Positions 1 to 12,423 of a stretch of DNA of 64,000 nt are shown here, in pieces. A program made the translations under genes and the position numbers. Below the pieces are notes generated by a model. It did no database searches, was not told where the DNA came from, and saw only the letters and a list, made by a program, of their open reading frames with translations. Source of the stretch: Rebecca billardiae RCC1528 (lineage: Eukaryota; Protista; Haptophyta); the NCBI GenBank assembly GCA_965240325.2, contig OZ251236.1, forward strand, positions 992,001 to 1,056,000, given 5' to 3'. The first letter of the stretch is position 1. The number at the start of each line of letters is the position of its first letter.

Positions 1-1628
1 TGAACCGCGTGTGGAGACGCGGCCACGCTCAGCCGTCGGTTTTTGAGGTCGGCCGACGAGTCGACGGCCGTGAGCGGCTCATCCATGGCCGACTTCTCCT
101 TGGGCCTGAGGCCCACCTTTTGCAGAAGAGGCACGTACCACGGGGTGGTGCACACGTAGATGGCGCAGTATGTGAGCAGCCCGCCCACGACGCCGTTGGC
201 GATGGAGTAGGTGAGCGGCATGACGGCGATGGTCAGGTACGCTGGGAACGACTCATTGAACTCGTCCCAGTTCATCACGCCGGCAGGCCCCATCATGAGC
301 GCGCCTGCGGCGCGCGCACGGCGCGTGCAGACGGTGCCAGCGTACGACGCTCGTGAGCGTGCCTCCGCGCGTGGCGCAGGCGGGGCGCACGCGCCGCGCG
401 AGGCCCGCACCGACGATGATGAGCGCCGGCGCCGTCGCCGTGGGCGGCACCGCCGAGAAGATCGGGATGAAGAAGACCGCGAGCGCAAAGTAGCCGGCGA
501 TCACCAGCGCCGTCAGCCCCGTGCGCCCGCCGTCGGCAATGCCCGCGCACGTCTCGTTGGCGATGATGATCGGCGAGGTGCCGAGCACCGCGCCGGCGAT
601 CGTGCCTATGGCCGAGGCGAGGAAGGCGGCCGTCGAGCCCGGCAGCTTGTGCGTCACCGGGTCCACCAGCCCAGCCTGCAGCCCCGCGCCAAACTGCACG
701 CCCGCCGTGTCAAAGATAGCAACGAACAGGAAGGCGAGCGTGACCGGCACCGTCTGCTGCCACCGCTCCATGTAGCCGGCGAAGTCCATGTGGTTGAAGG
801 TGCCCTCGAAGGTGGGCAGCTCGACGACGCCGGAGGGCAGCGGCGAGAGGCCGGAGAACCACGAGACGCACGACGAGAGCACCACGCCGATCAGCATCGC
901 GCCTTGCACCTGGTGCACCGTGAGGATCGCGATCAGCAGCGTGGTCGCGACGCCGAGCAGCACGTGCATCGACGTCACGTCGCCGAGCGCGACGAGTGTC
1001 TCGTCGTTAGGCACGACCAGGCCGGTCATCCGGAAGCCGATGAACGCCTGGAAGAGCCCGATGCCCACGGTGATCGCGTGCTTGAGGTTGTGCGGCATGA
1101 TGGACTGGATCAGCGTCGACGCACCGCACGCCGACAGCAGCGCGAAGACCTGCGGCCGCGGCGGGCGAGCGGGAGGGGCCGCGGTGCGATGCGGCGCATG
1201 AGCGCAGCGCAGGCGGACGTGCGTACATCACGCAAGGCTTCGCATGCCGGGCGGGTGCTGCACGGGCTGCGCGCGACACCCACCACGCCATTCACGGCGC
1301 ACGCGGCGAGAGCAATGCCGTAGGACATGTTGTTGGCGACGCACACGCCAAACGCAAAGTAGGCGTTCAGGCCCATGCCGGGACCCAGGCCGAACGGCAG
1401 GTTGGCCACGAGCCCCACGAAGGTGCACGCGATGATCGCGCTCACGGCGGTCGCGGACGCCACGGGCCGGAACGGCATGCCCGAGCCGCTCAGGATGGTC
1501 GGGTTCACAAGCAGGATGTACGCCATCGTCATGAAGGTCACCGTCCCGGCACGGAATTCCGTGCCGATCGTGGTGCCGCGCTCGGTGAGTTTGAAGTACG
1601 CATCGAACTTTTCCGCGAGCCAGCTCAT
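1..1628 (-). CDS. azgA: AzgA/AZG-family (NCS2-like) purine permease; 3' end runs off the window
   Basis: Motifs TTIGTEFRAGTVTFMTMAYILLVNP, ANLPFGLGPGMGLNAYF, FDTAG, GGRTGLT, MPLTYSIANG. Exons 1628-1284, 1149-411, 304-<1. GT-AG introns 1150-1283 and 305-410 join the frames. Confidence 0.93.
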
Positions 1629-3068
1629 GGTGGCGACCTCGATCCAGGCCGTCTTTTCGCACGGTTGGCCGCCTGCGAACGCGCGCCTGCTGCAGCACGC
1701 GGCAAGGCCGCGCGCACTCTCGATCGTCAGCTACGGCCTGTCCAGGTGCAACTTGAAACTGCGGTCTGAGAACGGTCGTGTAGAAATACGACACGCCTCA
1801 CGCCGCTTCGCTACTGTACTTCACGATAAGCACCATAGTTCATTTCGAAACGGACTATCATGGGAGGGAGAATCTCATCAGCAACTACTTTTGGTAGCTC
1901 ATCGCCCTATCTGGTTACTACTACTACTACCACGGGCTTATTGCCCGTTTCGGAATCGCCAGCAATGTTTGCTGAGCAAGCACAGCGACAAGCCAAAAGG
2001 TGTGATGGAGGGTAGCTGGGAGCTCAGATCACTGATCAGCTGCGAGCGCAGCGAGCAGCATTAAGGTGGCTGGCGACGAACAATGATGAATGATGACGAT
2101 CGAAATGTTTCGCGCGCTGTGGCGAGCGACGCTCAGGATCGGTCTGTGCGCCCCGACATAACGCCGCAGTCTGAATCACTCACAGTGCGGCGTACGCCCG
2201 TACGCGCCGTACGCCGGCCGCGTTTCGCGCGCGGGCCAACCGCTCCACTGACGAGTGACGGGTCTGACGCCAGGCACTGCTACTGTGGAGTATGAAATCT
2301 TAATGCGAGAGTATATCGTCAGCGCTGCCATCAGCATATTGAGGTGTGCGTACACATATTCAGACGCGCGCGCACTCGCATCAGTGATCAGACGTCATCA
2401 GCGCCCAGCTGGCCAGCATTCCGATCAGGTTGACCCTGTCGTCTCAGTCGTACTGCATGCCGGTCTCAAGCGCAAGGATCGCTCCCGTCTGTGCCTCGGC
2501 CGCCTACGGCGCGTACAGTTTGGTGCGCAGGCAGTCGACCTCCTCCGGTGCGAAGGTGCGCTCGCTGTGGCGGTCGCCCAGGCACATCATGCCCGTGGAT
2601 GAGACGCCTGCGATGGCGTGCGGCACGCTGCCGGGGTGGCTCGAGCTGCCCGCTGGCTCGGCAGCTGCTGTGTCGGCAGTCACGGAAGAGGTCGCGTCAG
2701 CGTGTGAGCAGCTGCCTGCCGCGCTAGGCGCGACATCGTGCTGCTCGTGCGTGTCGAGACTCGCGTACACCTCCGTGGCGATCGCGGCGCCGCCATCGTC
2801 GCCAGCTGACTAGTTTCGTCGTAACGCACGAGCTTCGCGCACATTCATCGTTATTCCCGCCACATTTACTGCGCGCATCAGGACGAAACCCAACCCCGCG
2901 TCGTCGGATCCACCGTGACCAATAATTAGGTGAACGAGGCGCGGCACTGCGCCCACGCATGCGTGCGTGCTGCTCGGCCCGGATGATGCTTGCTGTGCGT
3001 GCCCATGCGACGGACCTGTGTGCCATGCACCGCGCTGGCATTGTTGCCACGTCCCACCGCACCGTCGC

Positions 3069-3412
3069 CGCTCGTGTTGCCACTGCTGGTGCTGCCTCTT
3101 CTGTCTCTGCCTCTTCTGTCTTCGTGCCACCACTCGACCCCTGCCATGCACGTGCGAGGCTGTTGCCCGTGTGAGAGAGGTGCTCGCCCGTGTGTTTGGG
3201 GCAGTTTCTGCTGTGCTTGCGAACCTGTTGGTCAGAACGCTCGTGTTGCCATTGCTCGTGCTGCCTCTTCTGTCTTCGTGTGCCGCTCGACCGCTGCCGA
3301 GCACGTGCGACGCTGTGGCTCGTGTGAGAGAGGTGCTCACCTGTGTGTTTGGGGCAGTCTCTGCTGTGCTTGCCAACCTTTTCTGCTGTGCTTGCCAACC
3401 TGCTGCTCAGAA
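3069..3412. repeat. Diverged tandem duplication, 2 x ~170 bp
   Basis: The unit cgctcgtgttgcc...gtgagagaggtgctc...tgtgtttggggcagt...ctgctgtgcttgc...cagaac occurs at ~3069-3238 and ~3238-3412. Confidence 0.85.
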
Positions 3413-3701
3413 CAGATCCGACGATGACGATTGCCTGTGCCGCCGTGTTAGCAAACTCCCAGGCCAGCCCACGACTGGCAGGCCTTGGGTCGGCTCTTCC
3501 TCCGCTGCGGGCACATCTCTTTCTCCATGGATACCGGACTTTTTAAGTCCGGGCTCTATGGGGAGCTGAGCAATCTGCCGAGCGGAGCAAGAGCTGATAT
3601 AAAAAACAGCGTTCATTCATTTTTTTTCGAGCGGAATCTGGCCACATCAGCTTTGAGCGGCTCGTGGAGTCGTGGCCGGCAGTTGGGCTTGCGCACGCAC
3701 G

Positions 3702-3952
3702 ATGGCCTCGCCCGCCACCGGCGGCGGCAATCAGCGGCTGCTGACCACTGCCATCGTGTTCTTGGGGCTGGTAGGCTTCCTGAGCCAGGTGGAGTATGCA
3801 GGCATTTCCCGGGCGAGCGTATGGAGCGGCCGCATGGACCCGGCCGGCGTTCATCCGGTCCCGCGCGGCGCGGGCGGGCTCGGGCTGAGCAGCAGCTCGA
3901 ATGGCGACGCGGAGGGAATGGGTGGCACCGACAGCGGTGACGAGGGCGACGG

Positions 3953-4003
<51 letters not shown>

Positions 4004-6957
4004 AAACGACAGCGACTCGCCTTCCGGCGCGCGCAGCGCCTCGGGTGCGCGTCCCGGCGCTGCTCGCCTCGGGGTCGGCGGCAGCTTGCGCAGCAAGCGC
4101 GCGCACGCGCGGCGCGGCTCGCCAACCGGGCTCGAGTGCTTCCACTCGGCGATGCGCACATTCCGCACGCACGGGCGGCGACGAATGAAGCCGTACCGCG
4201 TCGTGGACGCCACGCGCTGCGTGATCAAGCTGCGCATCAACAGCAAGTTTGCGTACATGGGGCCGCAGGGCAAGGCGATGCCGGACGTCTCGTTCGACAT
4301 GTGCAACGCGCTCCGGCTGATCGACGAGCTGCGCGCGCAGCCGACGCTGTACTGGGACGGGCAGCGGCCGAAGAGCGACTTCTGCGACTGGGACGCCGCC
4401 GCGCGCGCGCAGCTCAACGACTCGGACGTGCACGACATGTACGTCGACCGCGCGCAGAAGATCCGCTTCAAAGGGCTGCGCTTCGAGGGCGGCAAGCACC
4501 GCGAGAAGTACCGGCGGTACGGCACGTGCGCGCTGGTGGGCGGCGCGCCGACGCTGCTCGAGGCGGAGTACGGCGCGCAGATCGACGAGCACGAGGCCGT
4601 CGTCCGCTTCAACGACCACCCCGCCGGCGGGCCGCAGGCGTCCAAGGTGGGCGCGCGCACAACGCACCGCATCACCAACTGCGTGTACGCGTCCGTCTCC
4701 GCCAAGGAGGACACGCCGTTCGAGTGGATGCGGCCGTCGCGGCTGCAGGAGACGGAGCTGGTGCAGGTGTGCACGCGGAAGGCCAAGTTCAAGCGGATGA
4801 TCGAGCTCATCGGCGAGGAGGGACCCGGCCACCGCCACGTCATGTCGCCCGAGACGCTGTGCGCCTTCTTTGAGCAGTTTGGCTCGGGCGGGCTGACGGG
4901 CGCGATCGGCCTCACGTTCGTGCTCGGCATGTGCGACTCGGTCACGCTGTACGGCTTCACGAGCCCATGCGACCTGGGGCGGCCGTACTCGCACTACCAC
5001 TCCAAGACGTTCGACGAGCTGATCCAGGTCAACACGATCAAGGTCATCCTGTGGACGCACGCGCTCCGCTGCAGCGGGATCGTGCGCTGGGCGCGCTCCG
5101 ACTCGGACGGCTCGCGCTGCGGCCAGGGCCGGCGCGCGCGCACGGCCAACGTGTCGACCAGCGCGGCGGCGTACGCGAGGACGCAGCCGGGCTCGGACGC
5201 GGCGGCGATCGCCGCCGAGGCGGACGACGAGCTCGACGGCGCGGCGTGGGCCCTCCCCTCCTCCTTCGTCGGCGGCGAGGACGCGCTCGACGACGAGGGC
5301 GAGGCGGATGAGAACATTGCGCTCACGGCAGAGGCGGCGCTCGAGATGCCCGTCGCCAAGTGGCGGCTGTACACGTACACGGTGCCGTACAGCGAGCTGA
5401 ACATCTCGTACGTCGCGGAGGACCGGTACCGCGCGGCGATCAAGCGCGAGCCCGCGCCCGGCATGGACGAGGCCGGGCTGTACCAAGCGATCGTGCGCGA
5501 CCTGCCCCGGCTGATGCCGCCATGGGCGCCGCCGCCCGACGCCGACGTCTCGGACGAGAGCACGTGGGGCGCGCAGAACGTGCTGTACCTGTTCCCGGTC
5601 TCGCCGTACCACCTGTGCAAGGCGGCGGAGCACGGCACGAAGCCGTGGGGCTCGCTGTGGATGCGGCCGAAGGGCGTGATCCCCGTGCCCTTCGTCGAGT
5701 CGATACGCGCCGCGTACGCGGACGGGCTGGCCAACATGACGATCACCTGCCCGACATACGAGCGCGCGCTCAGGTGGCTCTTCGAGCAGCCGTCGTGGAA
5801 GGTGGCGCCGGAGCGGCACGTGTTCGGCTTCATGCACTCGCACGTGCTGCGCGTCGCGCTCGAGGCGGACACGATGCGGCACGGCGGCGCGCGCTCGCTG
5901 TACGCGCGCATGGGCCAAGGGATGGTGATCACTGCGGAGGACAGGCGTCACGACTGGGAGGCCGCCGCGTACTGCGGCCGCGTCGTGCTCGCGCCGCTCT
6001 ACTCGCCGCCGTCGTTCATGCTGGACGAGACGGCGAAGCCGCTCGAGGCGCAGAAGGACACGCTGATCGCCACGAGCGGCGCGATCTCCGTCAAGTGCCA
6101 CCGCTTCGACGACCCGGCCAACCCGGAGACATACGCGTGCGCCGACTGGAGCCTTGGCCACGCCAAGGCGGTCCGGCAGGGGCTCTCGACCGCTATGCTG
6201 TATCTGGCCAAGGAGCTGCCGGAGGGGAAGGTGCGCGACCGGCCGACGTCGCGCTGGGACACGATGCTCAAGCTCGACGAGACGCTCGTCGTCAAGGCCG
6301 AGCTGTACCAGCGCTCCACCTTCTGCGTCATCCCGCCGGGCGACTCGGCCGTCACCACGCGCGTCTTCTCCGCGGTCGCTGCCGTGTGCATCCCCGGTGC
6401 GGCCGGCCACGCCACGACGCACGCGTCCGATGGCCGCGCGCGCCGCGCGCCGCGCGCGTCGAGCACGCACGCACGCGCGCGGCCCCCCTGAGACGCCGCG
6501 TGGCCGCGCGCCGCCCGTGCGCTCCCCACCGCGCGCAGTCCTGCTCTTCCCGCACGCGTACCTGCCCTTCCAGCAGCTGGTGCCGTGGGCAAACCTCACG
6601 CTCACGCTGCCGGCGGAGCCGTTCGTCAAGTATCACATCAAGCAGGGCCGGACCAACCCGCTCTCGCCGATCGTGGCCATGGCGGAGAGGGAGCCCGAGC
6701 GCGTGCGCGAGATGCAGCGCGGCCTGCTCGAGGCGCGATGGCACCTGCTCTACCACCGCAACGACGTGCCCACGCCAGGCCGCGCGCAGTCGACACCCGC
6801 GCCCAGCTCAGCGGGCAAGGCGCTCGTCCATCACCTCGTGCTCGCCGCGCAGCAGCGCGTGCGCGCCGCGCTGCCCGAGGGCGACGACGGCGGCGCGTGC
6901 GGCCGCAGCACGCTCGGTGACATCGACCTCTACCGCCGCGGCAGGATACTACAATGA
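3702..6957 (+). CDS. Type II membrane glycosyltransferase: GT29 (sialyltransferase)-like domain fused to a GT47 (exostosin) domain
   Basis: N-terminal TM anchor. Sialylmotif L-like YGTCALVGG..LLEAEYGAQIDEHEAVVRFN, motif S-like LTGAIGLTFVLGMCDSVTLYGF, and HY. C-terminal exostosin motif STFCVIPPGDSAVTTRVFSAVAAVCIP|VLL...YLPF..LVPW. Intron 6397-6538. Confidence 0.85.
3954..4001 (+). repeat. (GACGAG)8 coding repeat, Asp-Glu tract in the stem of the glycosyltransferase
   Basis: Seen directly. Confidence 0.95.
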
Positions 6958-7699
6958 TGAGCGACACGGCACTAGCTACTACTACGACGCGATGATGCAT
7001 CGCTGCCATCACACGCGATAGGCGGCGGCGCCGCTATGCCATCAGTCACAGTGCACATGCCGCGACTCGCGAGTGCCCGTCACCGGTGTGCGGGCTCAGG
7101 CTGTGCGGCGTCAGCAATCGGCTGCACGGTCGCGATAGGCATCATCAGCGGCACTATGCCACTATAGTAGCTATTATTAGCTTATTAAATATATATATAT
7201 ATTATTTTTAACTATAGGCGCGGCGCGCTCACTCTCCTTGAAGCCCCTCTTCTGCAGGCCTGCATGCAGCTGCGCGCCGCTTGTCGGCCCGGGCGCGCGG
7301 CGACGCGTACTACACGACCTCATCCTCATCCAGGCGAGTGACGCAGGCGCAAGGCCAAGGGGGCGACAGTCGCGGCTGCCGTCTGCCGCAGCTGCTCGCC
7401 GCTATTGGTCGGCGGGCGGCGACATTGACTACGACCTCACCCTCATCCAAGTGCGGAAGGCGCTCGGCCGCGGCGGCATCTGCCGTCGCCGCCGCGTGCC
7501 CCAGGCCGAGCCCGAGGCGGTGCTCCATCCCGGCCCTGCTCCCTCAGAGGGGCAGGGCTGCGGGTGGCGCACTGCCTGACCTGGTTGGAAGGCGCGGACG
7601 CCTTCTATGTGTCTGCTGCACTCTGAGCCTGACGCTTGCCCGTTGCATACCACGTCGTTAAATATATGTATATATATATATCATATGTATACATATGTG

Positions 7700-8200
7700 G
7701 CGTTATAGCGGAGCTATAACCGAGGGTGTCCGGCGGCAACAATCATAGGTGACTTGCCGCTGGTGGTGAAGAGCTCTCTCCCTCCAACTGCCGTACAAGA
7801 TCCTGCAGGTCCTTTCTGCTGATGGTAACCAATCCAAATAAAAGTGCTCGCTCATTTTTGTACCAGCTCCCAACATCATCATATCTTGGGTGCGCATGCT
7901 GAGCATATTCTATGAGTCGTTTACCTACCGACTTGACGCGGCCTTCCGCTCACTTGCGGACCTCTCCAAGCTCTAGTTATGTACCCGCTCCTATCTACTG
8001 GCGAGCCCGAGATCGTACCTGCTGCAAAGTAGCTAGGTGTCGGGCAGCTGTTCTCATTCCAACCGTGTCTGACTCTGCAAGTCATAGTATCGACGGCTTA
8101 TTTGTCGTTACTGCGCACTCACCTTCGGCGCCGACGAGCTATTATTCCGCATCGGCCCTGCTGCGCTTGCTTTGCTCATCAACGCACAGTGCCTAGCTCG
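7700..8200 (-). other. Lower-GC island, probable decayed coding or transposon relic, bounded by a perfect hairpin
   Basis: GC drops to about 50%. One minus frame reads ...LIEYAQHAHPRYDDVGSWYKNERALLFGLVTISRKDLQDLVRQLE with stops upstream. Hairpin gttatagc-gga-gctataac at 7702-7720 next to a TA tract. Confidence 0.35.
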
Positions 8201-8655
8201 TTTGCTCGCATATATAGTTAGATATAGTAGCGCGTATATATTCTTACTGGCGTCAGCAGTAACCGCCGCACACTGGCGGCATCAGCGAGTAGCATAAGCA
8301 CTGCCACTAGTGACTCTGCCGTAGTGCCGAGTCGGTATGTACACTGCATCATCAGCGCAATGTAGTGCTGCATATAGTCGCGGTCACTGATGTATAACTG
8401 TATGATGGTCGATCGCGTGGCGTGTGCTGCTTCGGAGCCCGGGTCCGCCGGTCCGGGAGCCGCTGGCCCGACGCGGGAGCCGCCGCCAGCGCCGCAGTGT
8501 GCGCCGCACTCCGCGCTCACGGCTCAGCGACAGTGCCATCATCTATTTTATGCACCATACAAGCGCAGTACAGCGGGGATGAGCCCTCCCTTGCCAGAAC
8601 CAGCACCAATCTGGTCACGGAGCCTCTCGCCGCGAGCGCCATGCGAGCAGATGAA

Positions 8656-8720
8656 CGCTGTGTGTCGGCGTTGCTGCTGGGCGTGATGGCCCATGCGCAG
8701 CAGCGCGTCATGTACAGTGC
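8656..8720 (-). promoter_or_regulatory. Candidate SECIS element (non-canonical apical loop)
   Basis: In the 3' UTR on the minus strand: CUGU-ac-AUGAC-GC-GCUGCUG...CAGCAGC-aac-GC-CGAC-ac-ACAG. This gives helix I, an AUGA/GA non-Watson-Crick core, and helix II. No unpaired AA in the apex. Confidence 0.55.
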
Positions 8721-8777
8721 TCGCCCGTCAAGGCGCGCGCAGACGGCCGTGACCAGGCGCGTGGCCGCAGGGAGGGC

Positions 8778-9248
8778 TTAGCGTCAGCCGCGGTTGCGGT
8801 TCGCCGGGCGATATTGCTGCCCTCCCGAAGGCGCGAGCGGCGAGAACGCCGGAGGCGTGTACCGGGAAGTGCTGGGACCGGACGATGAACTCGGGCGCGC
8901 AGCAGCCTCCCGCACGCGCTGCTCGCGCAGCTGGCGCTCGCGCTCCTCGGCACGCTTCTTCGCCTCGGCAGCACCCTGGGCCAGCTTCTGCTGCTGCCGC
9001 TCCCGCGCGGCGGCCATTGCCTCGTTCGCAGTCATGGGGGCCTTGCCGTTGTCAGTGCCGGCCTCCTTCACGGCGGTGGGCGCCGCTGCGCGCTCGAGCG
9101 GCATGCGCTGCATGGCGATGACTAGCGCCGCCGCGGCGGCGAGCACGTACACGCCATATGCCTGAAGCACGGTCCGGGCGTCGTCGGGTAAGTGGCTCGT
9201 CACCACGCCCCCCGCCAGCGCGGCGAGGAGGAGGTTCAGCGTCATCAT
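8778..9248 (-). CDS. SELENOS: Selenoprotein S (VIMP)-like, 156 aa, with UGA at 8784-8786 read as Sec
   Basis: N-terminal TM region, VIM-like EAMAAARERQQQKL, coiled coil, G/P-rich tail FSPLAPSGGQQYRPANRNRG, then TGA-CGC-TAA (G-U-R-stop). SECIS candidate downstream. Confidence 0.8.
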
Positions 9249-9500
9249 GGCGGCGGACGCCCAATGCGCGCCCGTTGCTTGAGGACGCGGGCGGAGAGGG
9301 CGTGCTGCGGCGCCCCTCGGAGAGCCCGCCAAAATAAATGCCCAAATCCTGTAGTCGATTTTTCTCGCGGCCTTGATTTTCGGAATTCCCGCCCAATCGT
9401 CCAGAGCGGTGGCCAGGGCAGAGTGCAGGTGCACCTGCGACCTGATCACCGCACCTCGCATCCACGTCCGCCACACGAGCGCTCGGCCGGCTGCTGCACG

Positions 9501-11456
9501 ATGAACTTCAAGAATAAGATGAAGCCCTCGAGCTCGGCGGCGCGAGCAAACCCTGGTGGTATGTCGCTGCCCTGCGCACGCGCCTGCACCCACTGTCACA
9601 GCGCGCGCGGCCCACCGCCGACATCGCCGCGCCTCTCCACCTCGGCTGCGTGCGCTGCCCGTCGCAGGCAAGCAGTATATCACAGCCAAGCTGGTGAAAG
9701 GCATCAAGGGGCTCGGTCTTGCGATCCAGGACGATGGTCTCATCGTCGGTATCGACCCGAGTGGCACCGTCGCGCAGATGGACCAGCTGAGGGTGGGCGA
9801 CAGGATCATCGCCATCAACGGCCTGCCCGTCTTTGACAAGCCGATCCGGCAGATCCTCTCGACGGGCTCGGCGTGGGAGGTCAAGGCGGAGCGCGACCCG
9901 AATGTGCAGACCGGGCCGGCCGACTACGCGCTGCAGCTCCAGCAGGAGCAAGAGCGCAAGCAGCAGGAGAAGCTGCGGCTGGCGGCGGCGGCTGGCGGGT
10001 GCGTGGCTGCGCGCGCATCGCACACGACCGGCCTCAGCGCACCCGCTGATGCATGCGTGCCGCCGTGCGCGCCGGCCCGTCTTCGCGCAGGGGACGTCCG
10101 GCGCAGCAGCCGGCCCGCCAGCCCCAGTACGATGCGCCGCAGACACGCTCGCAACCCGCGCAGCCTGCGCAGCAGCGGCCTCCGCCGCAGCCCGCAGCCG
10201 ACAGCGCAGCTCTGCAGGAGTACTTCGCGCTGTTCGAGGCGCAGGGGTTCGAGCGCACGCAGGTGCAAGCCGCCCTCGAGGCGCACAACTTCGACACCAA
10301 TCGCGCGGCTGACTGGCTGCTCTCGGGCGGCCACGCCGCTGCGGACCAGCGCGAGACGGAGGCTGCGCTTCGTGCGTCAGCCGCGGCGGCGCCGCCGCAG
10401 AGCGCGCCAGATCTGCTTGGGGACCTCTCGCTCGATTCGCCAGCGCCGCTGCCCCAGCCGCCACCGCCGCCACCCGGCGACATGGACCCGTTCGGCTCCG
10501 CGGGTGATCCGTTCGGGAGCACGGACTTTGGCGGCGGCGGCGGCGGCGGCGGCGGAGGGGACAGCCTCGCCGACGCGCTTGGCGGTCTCACGATGCAACC
10601 GCAGCCACCGGCCGGCGCCGCGCCCGCGGGTGGCATGCCAGCTGCCCAGCAGCAGCCGACGGCAGCCATGGGCGGCATGGCGGGCGGCGGCGGCGGGCCC
10701 CCGCCCTCTTCGGCGGGCATGGCCGCGGCTCGTGACCCAATGGCTTCGTTCGTGCCTGCGGGCGGTGGCAGCATGGGCGGCGGCTTGGGCACAGCCATGG
10801 GCGGCGGTATGGGCGGCGGCATGGGCGGCGGCATGGGTGGCGGCATGGGTGGTGGCATGGGTGGCGGCATGGGCGGCGGCATGGGTGGCGGCATGGGTGG
10901 CGGCATGGGCGGAGGAATGGGTGGCGGCATGGGTGGAGGAATGGGCGGAGGCATGGGCGGTGGCATGGGGGCCATGGGCGCCCAGCCACAGCAATTTGGC
11001 ATGGGCGGTGGCGGCGGCGGATATGGCGGCGGCATGCCTCAGGGTGGCGCCTACGGTGCTGGGCATGTGGGTGGGGCGTACGCCGGCGGACACGGCGGCG
11101 CGGCTGCTGGTGCGGCGCCGCCCGCACCACCAAACGCCGGGCCTGCAGCGCCTGATGCCTCGGCGGACCCATTTGCGGCGCTGGTCGGCGACAGCATGAC
11201 CAAGACAGCCGTGCCCGCACGGCCGGCTGCGCAGGCAGCCGCTGCCGTTGGTGGTGCGGCGGCCGAGAGCAAGCCGCGCGGGCCGTCCATGGCCGAGCTG
11301 AGCAAGCGCCAGGCACCGCCACAGCCACAGCCTACGGCGTCGGAGGGGTTCGGCGCCAACGACTTCTCCGTCCCCGATTCTGACAACCCGTTCGCGGCAC
11401 CGCCTGACCCCAGTGCTGGTGTCGCAGGAGCCGACTTGGACAACCCCTTCGCATAG
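9501..11456 (+). CDS. PDZ + UBA domain protein with DPF/NPF motifs and a GGGM repeat; putative endocytic adaptor
   Basis: PDZ motif KGIKGLGLAI...LRVGDRIIAING. UBA motif FEAQGFERTQVQAALEAHNFDTNRAADWLL. Three DPF and two NPF motifs. Introns 9559-9667 and 9999-10090 join the frames. Confidence 0.82.
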
Positions 11457-12423
11457 ACATAGTTCGCATGAGACTCGCCTGCTGTCGAGCGGCCGAGCGC
11501 GACTTGTTAGCTACTGTGCTTGTCATACCATGTCATACGATGATCGACGATGCTGCTGCTGATGATGCCATGCTGACAGCCTGCGCGACGAATTCTCGGT
11601 TCATCGTCACTCGTCAGTACTCAGTGACAGCACTCAGCAGCGGCCGCCGCGGATCGTCCGCCGGCGCCGCCCGACTCCGGCGACTCCCACTCCCAGGACC
11701 GGGCTCCTCGACCTCAGGACCGCCCCCACTCCGGCTCCGCCGGCGGCGGACGCGGTCCGATGGATCGGATCTGCGCCGCCATCAGTATAGCCCGAGACCG
11801 AGTACGACGGCGGTACCGCGTCCGCGGCGTGCTCGCCTCCGCCTGACGAGCTTATCTTGAGTCGTAGTCAGTGGCATCGAATATCGATATCGGCAGAACG
11901 TACAGTAGCTGAACTAGGCGTAGCGGAGCGCGGCTGCCGTCAGACGCCGACGGTCAGTTGAGGCTCGTAGCTGACCGTAACGCAGGCGGCGCGCGGCATG
12001 CTGAAGGCAGCTGAAGCCGATGGGCAGTGTGTGAGCGTCACCAGCCAGCTGATGAGACTCGTCGTCGATTATCATAGAAGCCAGCGACCCGAGCCTTGTC
12101 GTTGTTCGCCCAACCGTGCCCGAGGAAGGAAATGGCCGCGTGTGGTGCGTGCAACGTGCGGGCCCCATCCACGGCGCAGGACCACCCGTGCAGCGCCGTG
12201 GATGAACACCGGCCTCTCGCGGGAAGAAGGTCGTCGACGAGCCGTCGTCGACGACAACCTGCGTCATAACGGCAAGTACGGCTGCGTCCGTGCCACGACC
12301 GAGGGCGAGGCGGCGGCAGGTGGGCCACAGTGCGGCGCCGATCAGCAGGCTGCCGGCAGGCGCGTGCCAGGCGCCGCGCCGCACACAGGTGAGCGCCACG
12401 AGGCGGCGTGAGCGCACGTCGCT

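Noticed and set aside
2380-2813. Short minus-strand ORF 2504-2770 with protein-like sequence continuing past TAG/TGA
   Set aside because: No recognisable family; it could be a decayed fragment but cannot be supported.
11914-12417. Overlapping 137-167 aa ORFs downstream of the SLC35A gene
   Set aside because: No motifs; most likely 3' UTR or intergenic sequence.
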